A DNA stretch of 51,080 nt, counting the filler, from Trypethelium eluteriae (lineage: Eukaryota), in NCBI GenBank assembly GCA_051942245.1. It is 2 parts of 2 records of this genome, joined end to end, with 100 filler letters (N's around TTAATTAATTAA, not from the genome) between each part and the next. Parts side by side here need not be neighbours in the genome. Positions count along the whole stretch, not along the records: positions 1 to 25,495 come from JAVECL010000370.1; 1 more part is not named here. One strand, 5' to 3'. Below the pieces are notes generated by a model. That model was not told where the DNA came from. It saw only the letters and a program-made list of their open reading frames with translations, and made no database searches. The stretch's first letter is position 1. Every line of letters starts with the position of its first letter. The position numbers were made by a program, and so were the translations under genes. Below are positions 1 through 12,336 of the stretch, in pieces.

Positions 1-139
1 TTACCAAGTTGTTCAAAGCTTAGTGACCCTTCTTACATCATTGGATCCTTGACACTCCGCTCCTACGTGAAAAACCCTGAGACCCTTCTACGTACCTGTT
101 ACAAGCAGAGCTTGTACCAGGGGGTATAGGCTCATAACA
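1..139. mobile_element. Probable LTR/solo-LTR fragment inserted into the Fot1/Pogo element
   Basis: Segment ends in ...CTCATAACA (139), a TG...CA-type LTR terminus, exactly where the minus-strand DDE_1 transposase reading frame is interrupted. The other end lies outside the window. Confidence 0.45.
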
Positions 140-1085
140 GCAACCCGCAGCCTTCTTGCGTGTTTAAGGATTAAAAACTTTAATTAACCACTGTAATCTA
201 ATATTATCTAATATCCAGCCATTCTGGCTGGTAGCAAAAAACTAGTTATAAGGTATCTACTTTAAAATCCATTGGGTATTTATATAGTCGCCTTTAAATA
301 TTAGGAGAGGCGCAAGCAATTTGCCGGCAGCACTAATACACTTAATATTAGTTACCTAATCCTGCTTATTAAGCACAACCTTCTCTTTTTTAATATTATT
401 AAGGTAAATAAGAATTATTATTGTCTGCTCTTTTTTAATACCAAAACCTAACTTATTTATATTATACATATCTAAAAGGTGATATTTGTGCTCTGCCACC
501 TGCAAAGCAACTGTATTAAACCAGCATTCTACACGCTTATAAGTTGCGCCTTTATATTAAGAGTATTCTAACTGTTGGGCTAGAATTATCTGTATCTTTA
601 GATGTTGTTTTTTAAAGTATTAAATCCATTTATTATTAATAAGAGGGTATTCTATGTGGGCGGTTATTCTGCAAGACGCGTGTAAGATGCGTATAATACG
701 CACCTTATAAGTAAGATCTTTTAATATTAAATAAGTAATGGGTATTCCAGTTATTATATATTATTTAATCTATTATATAAAAGTTAATTCTTCTGCGTTT
801 ATAAGAAGCTGCTGCATCTTATGGCTTATAGCTTGTGTATTGCCTGCACAATGCCTGCGCATAAGAGTTAAATGTAATATTTTAAACTGGCAAGCAGCTG
901 CCCAAATAAATAAAATCTCTTAATTTTTGAGTGCAAATAAGGCCTTTTAAAGTTAAATTTTATAATCTGAGAGTTCTTAAATGGATTTTTTCAGCATTGT
1001 TAAAAATAACGCGTGTCGCATGCGAAAAGCATGGTACGCGACCGATCAAAGCTGGGGTCTGATCAAAGCTAGGGTCTAGACTCTA
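140..1085 (-). mobile_element. RIP-inactivated Fot1/Pogo (Tc1-mariner superfamily) DNA transposon, 5' part
   Basis: Minus-strand 240->140 translates FATSQNGWILDNIRLQWLIKVFNP*TRKKAAG, a RIP-altered form of the DDE_1 motif S.NGWT...GL.WL..VFD..T. The terminus has a 17-bp direct repeat gatcaaagct(g/a)gggtct (1044-1077) followed by AGACTC-TA (TA target site). Strongly AT/TpA-rich. Confidence 0.8.
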
Positions 1086-2129
1086 TTGTAATATTAATTT
1101 ATTAAATAAAAGAGATATTCTTACTCCAGAAGATTGGAATCATCTTTGTACAGTCTATTAACATCTTAGAATGTTTAAATAGGCTATATTATATCTTTAA
1201 GGAGATTGTATAACACTTTAAAGAGTCTGTGAGAGTATTAAAGCGCTTCATAAGTGGCTTAAAGGAATTAATGTATGTTATATAATTATATTTAACCTTG
1301 TACAAAATATACTAATTAATTATTTTAGAAATTAAAGCTTCTAAAGTAAATTCATGCTTAAGTATAACGCGCGCTTTTAAAATTAGAATAATATTAAGAA
1401 AAACTTAATATTTCTTCTTATTATTAAGCAGCCCGCCTTTTATTTCTTACAGTTTGTATAACATTTTTAAAAGATAAAGAGGGCAATTTAACTTAAAAGG
1501 GAGCTGTATAATTTTAAAAGATTAAGCAATTTTAGCTTTAATTCTCTCAAAAACCTTTTACCAATCTTAATTATTTATACAATACTCAGGGAAAGCTATT
1601 AACTTTTATATAAAAATAAAACCTTACTCCCTTTAAACAGATCCTTTAAGAGTATTATAATAACCAGCAACCGCAGAGTTAAGATTAATTTAATTAATAT
1701 TGCGCAGAAACAGCTTTATATAAGATTCCTTTATTGCTAATTAAGTAGTGGGCTGAAGATATTTAACAGAAATAATGGCCATACCTCTCTTTATTTGCTC
1801 TTAACATTCTCTTAATTCCTGCAATAAGTAATAAACCAGAATAGGTATTTTTTAATGCGTGTTATACAATTTCTTAGGATAAAGCACAGCTTAATCCAGA
1901 TACTGTTAAACTTTAAGAACTTTTAAAGGATTAGAAAAGATCAAATATTTTAAAAAATCAATTATATAATTTAGAGTAAATTATCTCATACAATAGCTTA
2001 TTAAGGGGAGGAATTTTATTTTATTACGATAAGTGTGTCGGCGCTGACGATATCGGCGATATCGCGGTAATTTATCGTACGATAGGGCTTATCGTACGAT
2101 ACGTATCGCGCCTATCGTTGCCCAGTCTG
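1086..2129 (+). mobile_element. RIP-inactivated hAT transposon, 3' part with dimerisation domain and terminus
   Basis: Plus-strand reads ILTPEDWNHL...AILYL*G, then LE*Y*EKLNISSYY*AARLL, and at about 1730-1935 *WAEDI*QK*WPYLSLFALNILLIPAISNKPE*VFFNA...L*ELLKD* (hAT dimerisation consensus WW...P.LS..ALD.LSIPAMS.E.ERVFS). Subterminal CGATA/TATCG repeats at 2027-2118; ends ...CCCAGTCTG (CAG-start TIR on the reverse strand). Confidence 0.85.
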
Positions 2130-2226
2130 CACTTAATTACCCAATCCAACTTATCTCGCACCACATCATCTAACATCCAATTGACCACCACTTGGCTCCC
2201 AGTCAAGTCTATCATACTGAACATAT

Positions 2227-3253
2227 CTACACTGCGACAGCAAACCATTTTCGCGTCCCCTTCCGTACGTGGAAGCCAACCTTTCCGTCCTCGGCCAGCT
2301 TGCGGAGTACCTCATCCATGAACGGCTCCAGCGCTAGCTTTCGCACCTCAGCATCCACTTGCTCTCCATGGATCTCATCGATTAATTCGCTCACAGTCGC
2401 GCTCCCTCGTGTCGCCGACGAGTGTCCTTTACCCAGGCGACTCAGCGCGGACAGGCATTGCTTCTCGCGGCGAACCTTTTGCGCCAGCTCCCCAGTGATT
2501 TTGGCTGGTAGGTCTGAAATGACAGCGCCGTGCGCCGGATAGCCCACAGTACACTCCTGTGAATGCAGCTTCCGCAATGTGTGCATGTACAGACCGAGCT
2601 TTTCCACCGCACTTGTCCCATGGCCCAGTACATTATCGCCTGTGAACATGGCGTTTTCCTCTTCCAGGATGAAGCACATGTGGTCATGGGAATGGCCTGG
2701 CCCGTGTATAGCCCGGACGGTAGCGCCATCAACGCAGAATACCTGTCCCTCCTCGATTGGCCGCTGCCCGTGCTCTGGAAAATTCTTGTGAATCCCTTCC
2801 GTTAGGTTTGGATACAGTCTGATCAGATCAGGTACACCCCCTGTGTGATCGCCATGCCAGTGGGTCAACAGCACATGAGACAAGGCAATACACCTCTCAT
2901 CTAGTGTTGTTTCGATCAAATCTGCCCACGCGCGGTATCCCTGGGCCGTATCAATGATAAGCCTATGCTCTCCGGTCCCAACAATGTATGTGTTCGTGCC
3001 CTGCAAGGTGAACTGATGTAGAGTAGAGTAAGCTCTCTATCAGTCTCAAACAAAAAGTAAAAGGAAAACGATACAGCAGTTGCGAAAGCGGACATACCTT
3101 TCCCGCATTCTGGCCCAGCACACGAATGACCCGCGGGCTGAGCTGCTCGACATCCAGCAACTTCGGTAGGCGCGATTGCTGAGTGGCAAGATAATCTTCG
3201 AACGCACAGGCATTCAGAGTCTTGTTGATTTGGCGGTACCCGCCTTCGCCCAT
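2227..3253 (-). CDS. Metallo-beta-lactamase-type thioesterase (atrochrysone carboxyl ACP thioesterase, ACTE/MdpF/GedB-like)
   Basis: MGEGGYRQINK start; RVLGQNAGK|FTLQGTNTY across an intron at 3097-3013; THWHGDHTGG, PGHSHDH and FTGDNVLGHG motifs; divergent from the NR-PKS. Confidence 0.93.
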
Positions 3254-3384
3254 GGTCGACTGAAACAACAGACCTGTGTCAGGAGATGAGAGCAACAGAC
3301 TACTGTGCAAAAAGATACGGAAATCATGGAATGTGCCCCGGTATGAAGAGGTGAAAGCCGCCGTTCCGGTCACAGTCCAGAAAT

Positions 3385-3395
3385 CCGACTCCCGA
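3385..3395. promoter_or_regulatory. Candidate Zn2Cys6 site CCGA-N3-CCGA in the divergent thioesterase/PKS promoter
   Basis: CCGACTCCCGA; the same spacing recurs upstream of the dehydratase gene (10683-10700). Confidence 0.35.
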
Positions 3396-3672
3396 TACCA
3401 GCGCTTTCCCGGTGGTCGGACTAAAAAACCTAGGCTCTATCTTCTCCATGCAGCTGTTACTGAGACCCTGCATTCAGCTCCCTCCATTTGGATTCGTACT
3501 TATGACATGTTCATCTTGCAAAAATATCCTGTAGCATCAACCATTCAGTTGTTTTCTACAGCCACAAGGCTGTCAGCTATTCAATCTGTCCTTACCCATT
3601 CATTCATCGGCGAGGAATTCGCCACCAAATCCGGCGATTTCATCGTCTCCATCGTCAACGTCGTCCTTCGCC

Positions 3673-6600
3673 ATGGTTTCCCGCACGCCCCTATCCGAAG
3701 ATGAGAATGGCGGTCTCAAGCTCAACCTTGTCTACTTTAGCAACGAGTTTCCTAGCGACGATCTCTCATCCTTGTTTACAAGACTTCGCGAATCTAGCAA
3801 GCGCCACGATCATCCCGTTCTCAGCAGATTCTTGGATGCGGCTACGCAGACCTTGCGGCAAGAGATCGGCAGGCTTCATACTGAATTATCCCATCTTGTT
3901 CCTGCGTTCGAATCAGTAACGACGCTTGCCGGAGAGTTGGAACTCCGAAAAGGGCCTCTTTGTGGGTCAATCGACGGGGTCTTACTCTGTGTCCTGCAGT
4001 TGGCGACGTACATTGGGTAAGAACTCGGCAGCATAGACTATAGTCTACCAAAGGAGCTTACATGGCAGCAGCTATTGCGAAAACTCTCCGGAACCACATA
4101 CCAGTGGTTCTGGGACTAGTCTCCTCGCTGGCCTTGGTATTGGCCTTTTGGTCTCAACAGCCGTATCAGTCTCCACGTCTTTGGATGACTTGGTAACGTC
4201 AGGAGTCGAGGTTTTGCGCATCGCATTTCGTCTTGGCTTGCATGTTCGTGACGTATCTCTAAATCTGGAGGCTCCGGATGGCGAGTCTTCCGACTCGTGG
4301 GCATGGTGCATTTATGGGCTCACTGCGAATGATGCGCAGGAAGAGCTCGATAGAATTCAGGAACGAGATGTGAGTGACAATATCTGTGTCTCATCTACTG
4401 GCAGGTGTTTAATTCCGCATATAGGCAATCCCAGCTGCTAGTAGAGTCTTCGTCAGCGCTCTAAATGACACATCAGTCACCGTGAGTGGACCACCATCTC
4501 GACTAAAGGCCCTCTTTCGCACTTCGGGATTCTTTCGCGATCGAAAGTTCACTCAGCTACCAGTGTACGGAGGTCTTTGTCATGCACCTCATATCTACAA
4601 CCATGATGATGTTGACATCGTCGTCCAAGCACTTTCGCTGCCATCGCGGTTTCAACCCATAGTACCAGTCATGTCGACTAATACAGGACAACCCTTTGCT
4701 GCGTCAAGTGCCTCCAACCTCATCCACCAGGTGGTTTTTGAGATCATGACCAAACAGATCATATGGGATGGAGTCGTTCGTGGTGTGACTGAGCGGGTCG
4801 GTAAGGCTGAGATTCGCCACGCTAGCATGAAGGCCTTCCGGGTGTCTCTTCCAATACAGCAACTATCAGATGCACTGACAGCTGCGATACCAAATGTCAC
4901 TACGAATATAGATGACTTACTCTCTTGGACAGCAATGAGCGACCATCAACAGCCCCATCAGCCGCGAGGCTCCATGCAGTCGAAGATAGCCATCGTCGGC
5001 ATGTCGTGCCGCATGCCCGGAGGAGCCACCGATACCCAAAAATTTTGGGAACTTCTTGAGGGAGGTATCGATGTTCATCGCAAAATACCCGCCGACCGTT
5101 TCGACGTAGAATCGCACCATGATGTAACCGGTAAGAAGATGAATACCAGTCATACAGCTTATGGTTGCTTTATCAATGAGCCAGGCTTATTTGATGCGCC
5201 CTTTTTTAATATGTCTCCTCGCGAGGCTGAGCAAACAGATCCCATGCAGCGTCTAGCACTTGTTACAGCATATGAGGCTTTAGAACGCTCAGGATATCTG
5301 GCTAACCGGACTCGTGCAACAAATCTAGCTCGAATAGGCACGTGGTATGGCCAGGCAAGCGACGATTATCGAGAGGTGAATACTGCTCAAGAGATTAGCA
5401 CATACTTCATCCCCGGCGGCTGCCGGGCTTTTGGTCCTGGCCGTATCAACTACTTCTTCAAGTTCTCCGGCCCAAGCTTTAACTGTGATACGGCTTGCTC
5501 CTCCAGTTTAGCCACGATTCAAGCAGCTTGTACCGCTCTGTGGGCAGGCGATGTGGACACGGTGGTAGCTGGAGGGCTTAATGTCTTAACTAATTCAGAT
5601 GCGTTTGCTGGTCTTTGCAATGGACATTTCCTCACCAAGACCCCCAATGCTTGCAAAACCTGGGACTGCCAGGCCGACGGATATTGCCGTGCAGATGGTA
5701 TTGGATCAATTGTTTTAAAGCGCTTAGATGATGCTGAGGCTGATAACGATAATATCCTTGGAGTTATAACAGCTGCGGCCACCAATCATTCCGCCAATGC
5801 GGTTTCTATAACACATCCACACGCTGGTCATCAGGCAGACCTCTACCGGCAAGTCATGTCAAGGGCCTGTGTCAATCCTCTTGACGTTAGCTATGTCGAA
5901 TTTCATGGCACTGGCACACAGGCTGGGGACGCGGAGGAGATGCAGTCCATTACAGAAGTCTTCGCCCCTATCAAGGGTAAAAGGCGGACAGCGAAGCAAG
6001 CATTGCATATTGGCGCTGTCAAAGCGAATGTTGGTCACGGAGAGGCTGCTGCTGGTGTGACTGCTCTTATTAAGGTATTGCTGATGCTTCAAAAGAGTAC
6101 TATTCCACCTCACATCGGTATCAAGAATGACATCAATCCTGGTTTTCCCCAGGATATGGAGAAACGCAACCTGCACATTCCCTTCAAACCCACTGATTGG
6201 ACTCGCACACCGGACAGAAAGCGCATTGCTGTTATTAATAACTTCAGCGCTGCTGGTGGCAATACTACTGTCGCTCTAGAGGAGCCACCACTGCGAGAGA
6301 AGATAGGAACCGATCCACGTCCTAGTCACGTCTTTACAGTCTCTGCTAAGAGCAAGCGTTCACTGAAGGGTAACGTGGAGCGACTGCTCAACTTCCTGGA
6401 TGGACATCCGGATGTCTGCCTGGCCGACCTGGCGTACTCATTGACCGCAAGACGCTACCACCACAACCATCGTCTCGCGATCCATGCTGCGGAAGTCGGC
6501 TCATTGAAACAGCAACTCATCTCTCATCTTCAAGAGACTGAGACTCAGAAGCATGTCTCTGGTCCGGATGCGCCTCCTGTCGCATTTGTCTTCACCGGCC

Positions 6601-9183
6601 AAGGAGCGGCGGAAAAGTCAATGAATTTGCAGCTTTACCACCACTCACCATTCTTCCATGCTCAGATAACACACCTCAATCTTCTTGCTCAAGGGCACAG
6701 ATTCCCATCCTTCATTCCAGCTATCGATGGCAGTTTCCCAAGAGATCACGTTTTCTCGCCAGTCATCACTCAGGTCGCCCATACTTGCGTCCAAATCGCC
6801 TTAGCTAAATATTGGGAGACGCTGGGTGTAAAACCTGAGCTAGTAATGGGGCACAGCTTGGGTGAATATGCTGCTTTCTGCGTGGCAGGTATACTTTCAG
6901 CTAGCGATGCCATATTCCTCGTCGGCTCTCGGGCTCGCATGCTAGAGTCTCTCTGCACAGCAGGAAGCCACTGCATGCTGGCTATTAAGGCATCTCTGTC
7001 GGCAATTGAAGACGCGGTCAACGGCTTGTCCTATGACCTGGCGTGTGTCAATGCTCCCAAAGAGACCGTTCTTAGCGGTACGACGGCACAGATGGACGAG
7101 ATCTCATCGTTACTACGAGACCTGGGGTTCCGCTGCTTTATTCTAGATGTTCCTTTCGCGTTCCACTCTGCTCAAATGGATCCTATTCTCAACGAGCTTG
7201 AGGAGTTATTGAGGAAAGCTGTTCTCTTCCGCGCACCTACTCTTCCGATCGTTTCTGCCTTACTTAGTAAGGTTGTGTTTGATGAAAATTCTGTGAATGC
7301 AGAGTACGTACGCCGAGCGACCCGTGAAACTGTCAATTTCTTGGCTGCCATACAGAATGCAAAGACGACATCCAGTATCGACAAGGACACCGTCTGGGTC
7401 GAGATTGGCCCGCATCCTGTTTGCACTGCCTTCATAAAAGCCATAATGGAACCAGCTCCCGTCACTGTGGGCTCATTCTGCCGTGGTGAGGATAACTGGA
7501 CTACTCTATCTCAGGCTTTAGGACAACTGCATTGTGCTGGTTTGCAGATTCGTTGGGGCGAGTTTCATCAACCTTTCGAAGGCTCGCTCCGTCTCCTGGA
7601 TCTTCCCACCTACTGTTGGAACGAGAAGAGACATTGGATCCAGTATAAGGGTGACTGGGCTTTGACTAAGGGCAACACGTTCTATGACTCCCGGGGAACG
7701 TCAAGTGGTACAAGTACCCCAGTTTCAAGTCTAAGAACAGCGACCGTTCAGAACATTTTAGAGGAGACGTTCACTGGAACGCACGGTAAGGTCGTGATGC
7801 AGTCCGATCTAATGCAGTCGTCGTTTCTTGCGGCTGCACATGGGCATAGGATGAACGGATGCGGCGTTGTGACCTCGGTAAGTGAAGCGTGTAGTGACCA
7901 GCCAAGGAGACACTAATCTGAGCGCATAGTCGATCCACGCTGACATCGCGTACACATTGAGCGAGTATCTCTACAGACAATTGGTCCCCAAGGTTGAAAC
8001 TATCCACGTCGACATTACACATTTAGAGGTAACGAAGGGGCTTGTTGCACAAAAGAATACAAAGACGCCGCAAATGATTCGTGTTACTGCATCGACGGTT
8101 GATGTGTCTACTGTTGGGGCGGACTTAATCTGGCAGAATGTCTCCAATGACGGTGGCGTCTCTGAACCCTTCGCTACATGCCGTATCCTATATGGCAATG
8201 CAAGCCATTGGTTATCATCCTGGGCTTCACTGACCCACCTTATTCAAGGTCGTATCGACGCATTGGGGAAGCTTGCGGAAGAGGGCGTTGCAAGCCGCTT
8301 TTCTCACAACATGGCATACACGCTGTTTGCACATAATCTGGTGGACTACGCCGACAACTATCGTGGTATGCAAATAGTTGTTTTGAATGGGTTCGAAGCA
8401 TACGCCGATGTTACGCTGAAGGAGGTTCATGGCCACGGCGATTACACGGTACCACCTTATTTCATCGACAGCGTCGCGCATCTTGCAGGTTTCATCATGA
8501 ACGTCTCAGATGCCAGTAATAGCGCCGAAACTTTCTGTGTGACACCAGGATGGAAGAGCATGCGTTTCGCGCGTCCACTTGTTGGCGGTCAGAGTTACCG
8601 GTCATACGTCAAAATGATCCCGACCACCGAAGATCCATCAGTACACTTTGGTGACGTCTACGTCCTTCAGAAAAGCGAGATCATAGGAATGGTCGGTGGT
8701 ATCCAGTTTCGCCGCTATCCACGCATTCTACTGAACCGCTTCTTCTCGGCACCTGACTCGGCGGTTGCAAAATCGCATGCCGCCGGCAATGCTCCGAATC
8801 CACCAAAAGTGATCCATCCTGAGCCCTCACCACCAAAGCCAGCGCAGTCGGCGCAGTTGCCACAGCCCACGGAAGTTGTGCCGACATCGGTAGAGGCCAA
8901 GGTCCTACCCGAAAAGTCTTCGGCAGTACCAACACCCGCAACAGACGATCAGGACAGCACAGCGCACAAGGCCCTCGTGTTGATCGCCAAAGAAGCTGGT
9001 TTCAACCTGGCGGAGCTCACTGACGACGCCGAATTCGCCAATCTGGGTGTCGACAGCCTGATGAGCCTTGTTATTGCCGAGAAGTTCCGCGAGGAGCTGG
9101 GTGTGAACGTCGCGGGCAGTTTGTTCCTCGAGTATCCAACGATCGGCGTGCTAAAGGCGTGGTTATTAGAGTATTATAGCTAA
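3673..9183 (+). CDS. Group V non-reducing polyketide synthase SAT-KS-AT-PT-ACP without TE (atrochrysone carboxylic acid synthase-like; ACAS/MdpG/GedC/ClaG family)
   Basis: N-terminal [31 protein letters not shown] and [19 protein letters not shown] region HADIA...[19 protein letters not shown] ending WLLEYYS. GT-AG introns at 4017-4071, 4370-4424 and 7878-7929 keep the frame. Confidence 0.95.
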
Positions 9184-9873
9184 AGGCGAGTGTTTGTTTT
9201 CCGGTACTCTCATTCCATCTCTTGTTTCTTATTGACGAGAGAAAATTTTATGGCCAAGGCTGTGTCTGTGGGAGTGCAAGCGCTGGGAGTAGATGTACTT
9301 GCCTCTTTACTTTAACATCTCTCATTGTCCCAAATTAGACAGAGTTCTCTGAACGAAGGAGCACGTAGGTATCAAAACATCGTAATTGGACAGAGGTGTA
9401 TGTGTTTCTATCTTCTTATCGTTCTTTTTGCCTATCTTCCGCCAGAGAAGTTTCTGAATATTGACAAAGCGTTATCCACTTCATTCACCATATCTGTGTG
9501 TAAGTTTTTTGTTTGCTCACTGGTATATCTGGTGCACATACGAGCCTTCCAATCTTCACTGCCAGTGATTCGATTCGTCAAAGAATTGAGCACTCGCCTC
9601 GGGAATTATTCCCAAAACCCTTGTTCTGCAGGCACCTGGACGTCAATCGATACATTGGCCGCGGTCTTGTTGTGTAAAGTCTATTGTCGCCATGGATGAG
9701 GGCCACAGGAGACCCGCCGGCAACGAATAATACTCCTACAATGACTAAAGAGTGTTACAGACTTGGCTAATTGCCTGATTGGAGAAAAAGGGAATAATAC
9801 ACAGTACCATTTTGAAACTGATTACACAAAAAGCAAGTTGAATTTGAGGATGGTTCTAGTGGCTTATTCCGTT

Positions 9874-10573
9874 CTACGTACTGTCCTCTCTCTCCCCAAA
9901 ATGCTCTCTTCCTTCTGAAAAAACGTCCGCGTAATTATATTCCGTCCACCTTATGTGCGGACACACGCCCGCAAACTTCCAGACGCTGTCTACTCTCCGA
10001 TACCACATCGTTGCAATGCCATGCGCATGGCCTTTGACCGCTACCTCGCTCAAACTGGCATCTGCATACCGCTGATGCGGCACGCGAAGTTGGTGGGTTC
10101 CTACAATCTCATCCACACCTTCTTTCTCCCACTTGCTGATGCCGACGAAATGCTGCGTTTTGAGGAGTGGATTGCCAAGGAAATGGGCATCGGAGGCCAT
10201 CGCGACGAACTCATCAATGGGCATAGCTTCCCAGACCTTGTTGAGGAAGGAGCGATAGTCAATCTATGGTGCAGCCTAGTCAGGTGAGGGGATTTTGGGC
10301 AAGTGAAGAAGGGATGGCGGACTCTGAGGGTCGGAGCTGCGCATCGCTTGAGACGCTCCCAATCCTGTCGACGTGTGTTTTTGTTAGGGAGGGTTGGACT
10401 CTTTACGAGGACATGTGGGTTAGCGTACTTTGGTGTCGTAGCTATCTGCCCATTCGAAAAGAGCGCTTTGGCAGCCTTGGACTTCTACGCGTAGTCTGTT
10501 AGCATCGAGGGAGCCATGTAAGACTTTGAATACACCATTCCGACTCACCTTCGAAGTTCGGAAATTTGGCCAT
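9874..10573 (-). CDS. Scytalone dehydratase-like protein (MdpB/ClaB/AgnL8 type)
   Basis: Spliced reading [56 protein letters not shown]...TQHFVG...[10 protein letters not shown]...KGHAH...WKFAG; three short GT-AG introns. Confidence 0.92.
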
Positions 10574-10682
10574 CAGGGTAAGGAGTATGAAGGTTGGCGG
10601 GTACAGAACTTCATTAGCTTCTTGATGGCCATGTCTATCTGTCAGCTAAGGAGGTATGTGTATTGCCAGGCAGAGCTGGGAT

Positions 10683-10727
10683 TCGGAAGTCGGGATTCGG
10701 GCGTGGACTCTCCCTTCGGGAATTCGG
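10683..10727. promoter_or_regulatory. Cluster of TCGG direct repeats upstream of the dehydratase (candidate Zn2Cys6 sites)
   Basis: TCGGAAGTCGGGATTCGG (10683-10700) and TCGGGAATTCGG (10716-10727), 110-150 bp upstream of the ATG. Confidence 0.35.
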
Positions 10728-12336
10728 ATGGCTCTCGCGTCCTGGTGAGATCCGGATGTGAGAGCTCGAACCCTAAGAGTCTATAGAGGCTGCAGATCAG
10801 GCTAATTAAAAGATTCTTGTATACCTAAGGGTCGGATTCTTCAGATGATGTGTTGCTAAGGGTCTTGTGTACTCTAGAGGAATCTTAACGACACAAAAGT
10901 ACAAACCATATCCTGTCAAAGTCTGCAATATGACTTCGCAACTATATGTACTCACTTGGGATTTAAAGCACCACTGATCTAGAAAGGCTTTAGTGTCATG
11001 AGGGAGAGTAAATGTTGTTGCGGCTATAGAATTGTCTGTTAGAGTATCGTAAACCACCGCCTGTAGTTTAGCCGCCATAGGATCAGCTGTCGCAGTCTTC
11101 CTTTCTATCACGAGGCCTGTCGCTTAGAAATCAATCACCTAGTCCATGTCCGAATACTGCTGGAAACATTTGTGCGTTGGCTGTTCTTTAGCATGATACG
11201 ATAGAGAACAGAAAGTGGCGTGGTCAGAGTCGCTGATCTGGACCGTGCGCGGTTACGGCGTTGAAACAACAAGGCGTAGATGAAAGCCCAAAAGAGTGTA
11301 GCGTGTCGTGTGCTAGAGGTTGGTAATAGCTAAGAGCCAAGAGGAAATACACTAGGGCCAAGGTACGTACGGGCCATCTCCACAGCGCGTGTACGCGAAA
11401 TGAACAAATCTCTACTCCGTAAGTATGTGTGTACTCCGTACCGCGAGACCACGTGCTAAACCATGGCAAATGGAGATTTTTGCAGCCCGCCGATCTTTCC
11501 ACCTTAGGAGCTCAATACTCCCACTTGAACCAGCCAATGTGTTGTGTTGAGCTGAATCAGTAGAAAGTTGTGTTTACAGGGATATTCGCCTAACCCTTTT
11601 CGGAAGACGCAGTGCACGGCCCACCTCGAGCGCTTTTGTTGCTCCACTTTCAGCCCACCGACTCCAACTGCAGTCAACGAGCTGTGCTATTGTTCCATCC
11701 GCTCTCAGAAAGCGTCTTCATGCGTCAATTTGCGTGACAGCTTCCATTCGTTCTCATGTAGGAACTTATATCTTCTCGAGACATAGCACATGACCCGTGC
11801 CCGTCATAAAGGTCCGCCGCTTCTGGCGTTGATCTATAGGCACAATGTATCTGGCCAACAGCAAGCATCAGCAATGATCAAAGCCTTCTGGTGTTTGTCG
11901 GAGGCTCAGAGCTGACGCAGCGAGTCCACGCGTCGCAGTCCTGACTTCTACGACTCTCCGTTCAGTACAGTAGTGGCAGAGGAACCGCTTTACTAAACCG
12001 TGGCGAGGACGCCGTTCAAAAAAATGAAGACAAGCTATTCCTGCCCTAGAATGGCTTAATGACGACCTGATTTGGATCACTCCATGACTCGTTGCGGTTA
12101 GAGTGCCTAATTATAAAAGTCGGTTTCCGTTCTTCAGTCTTGTCCAGTCACGTGCCGGGAGCGAGAGATTCATCACCGCCCTTAGATCGAGATGATGCGG
12201 CAACACAGAGAATCTTTAAAAGTTCCGTAGACATTTCGCTCTCCTGTACGCCTTTTCTCCTCTTGAAAAGTCCCTTTCTTCCAAATTCATTGTCTTGACT
12301 GCTTTCAAACTTGGATTCCTTCATTCCATCACAGCC

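Noticed and set aside
738..923. 61-aa ORF in the AT-rich region
   Set aside because: Chance antisense ORF inside the RIP-mutated Pogo element.
5150..5900. Apparent A/T-rich third codon positions in the KS domain as RIP leakage
   Set aside because: Visual impression only; catalytic motifs are intact and it cannot be supported without computing GC3 and RIP indices.
10790..12100. Short ORFs and mildly TpA-rich sequence right of the dehydratase as a decayed cluster gene
   Set aside because: Manual translation of part of the region plus the ORF track gave no recognisable MdpC, MdpH or regulator motifs; needs tBLASTx.
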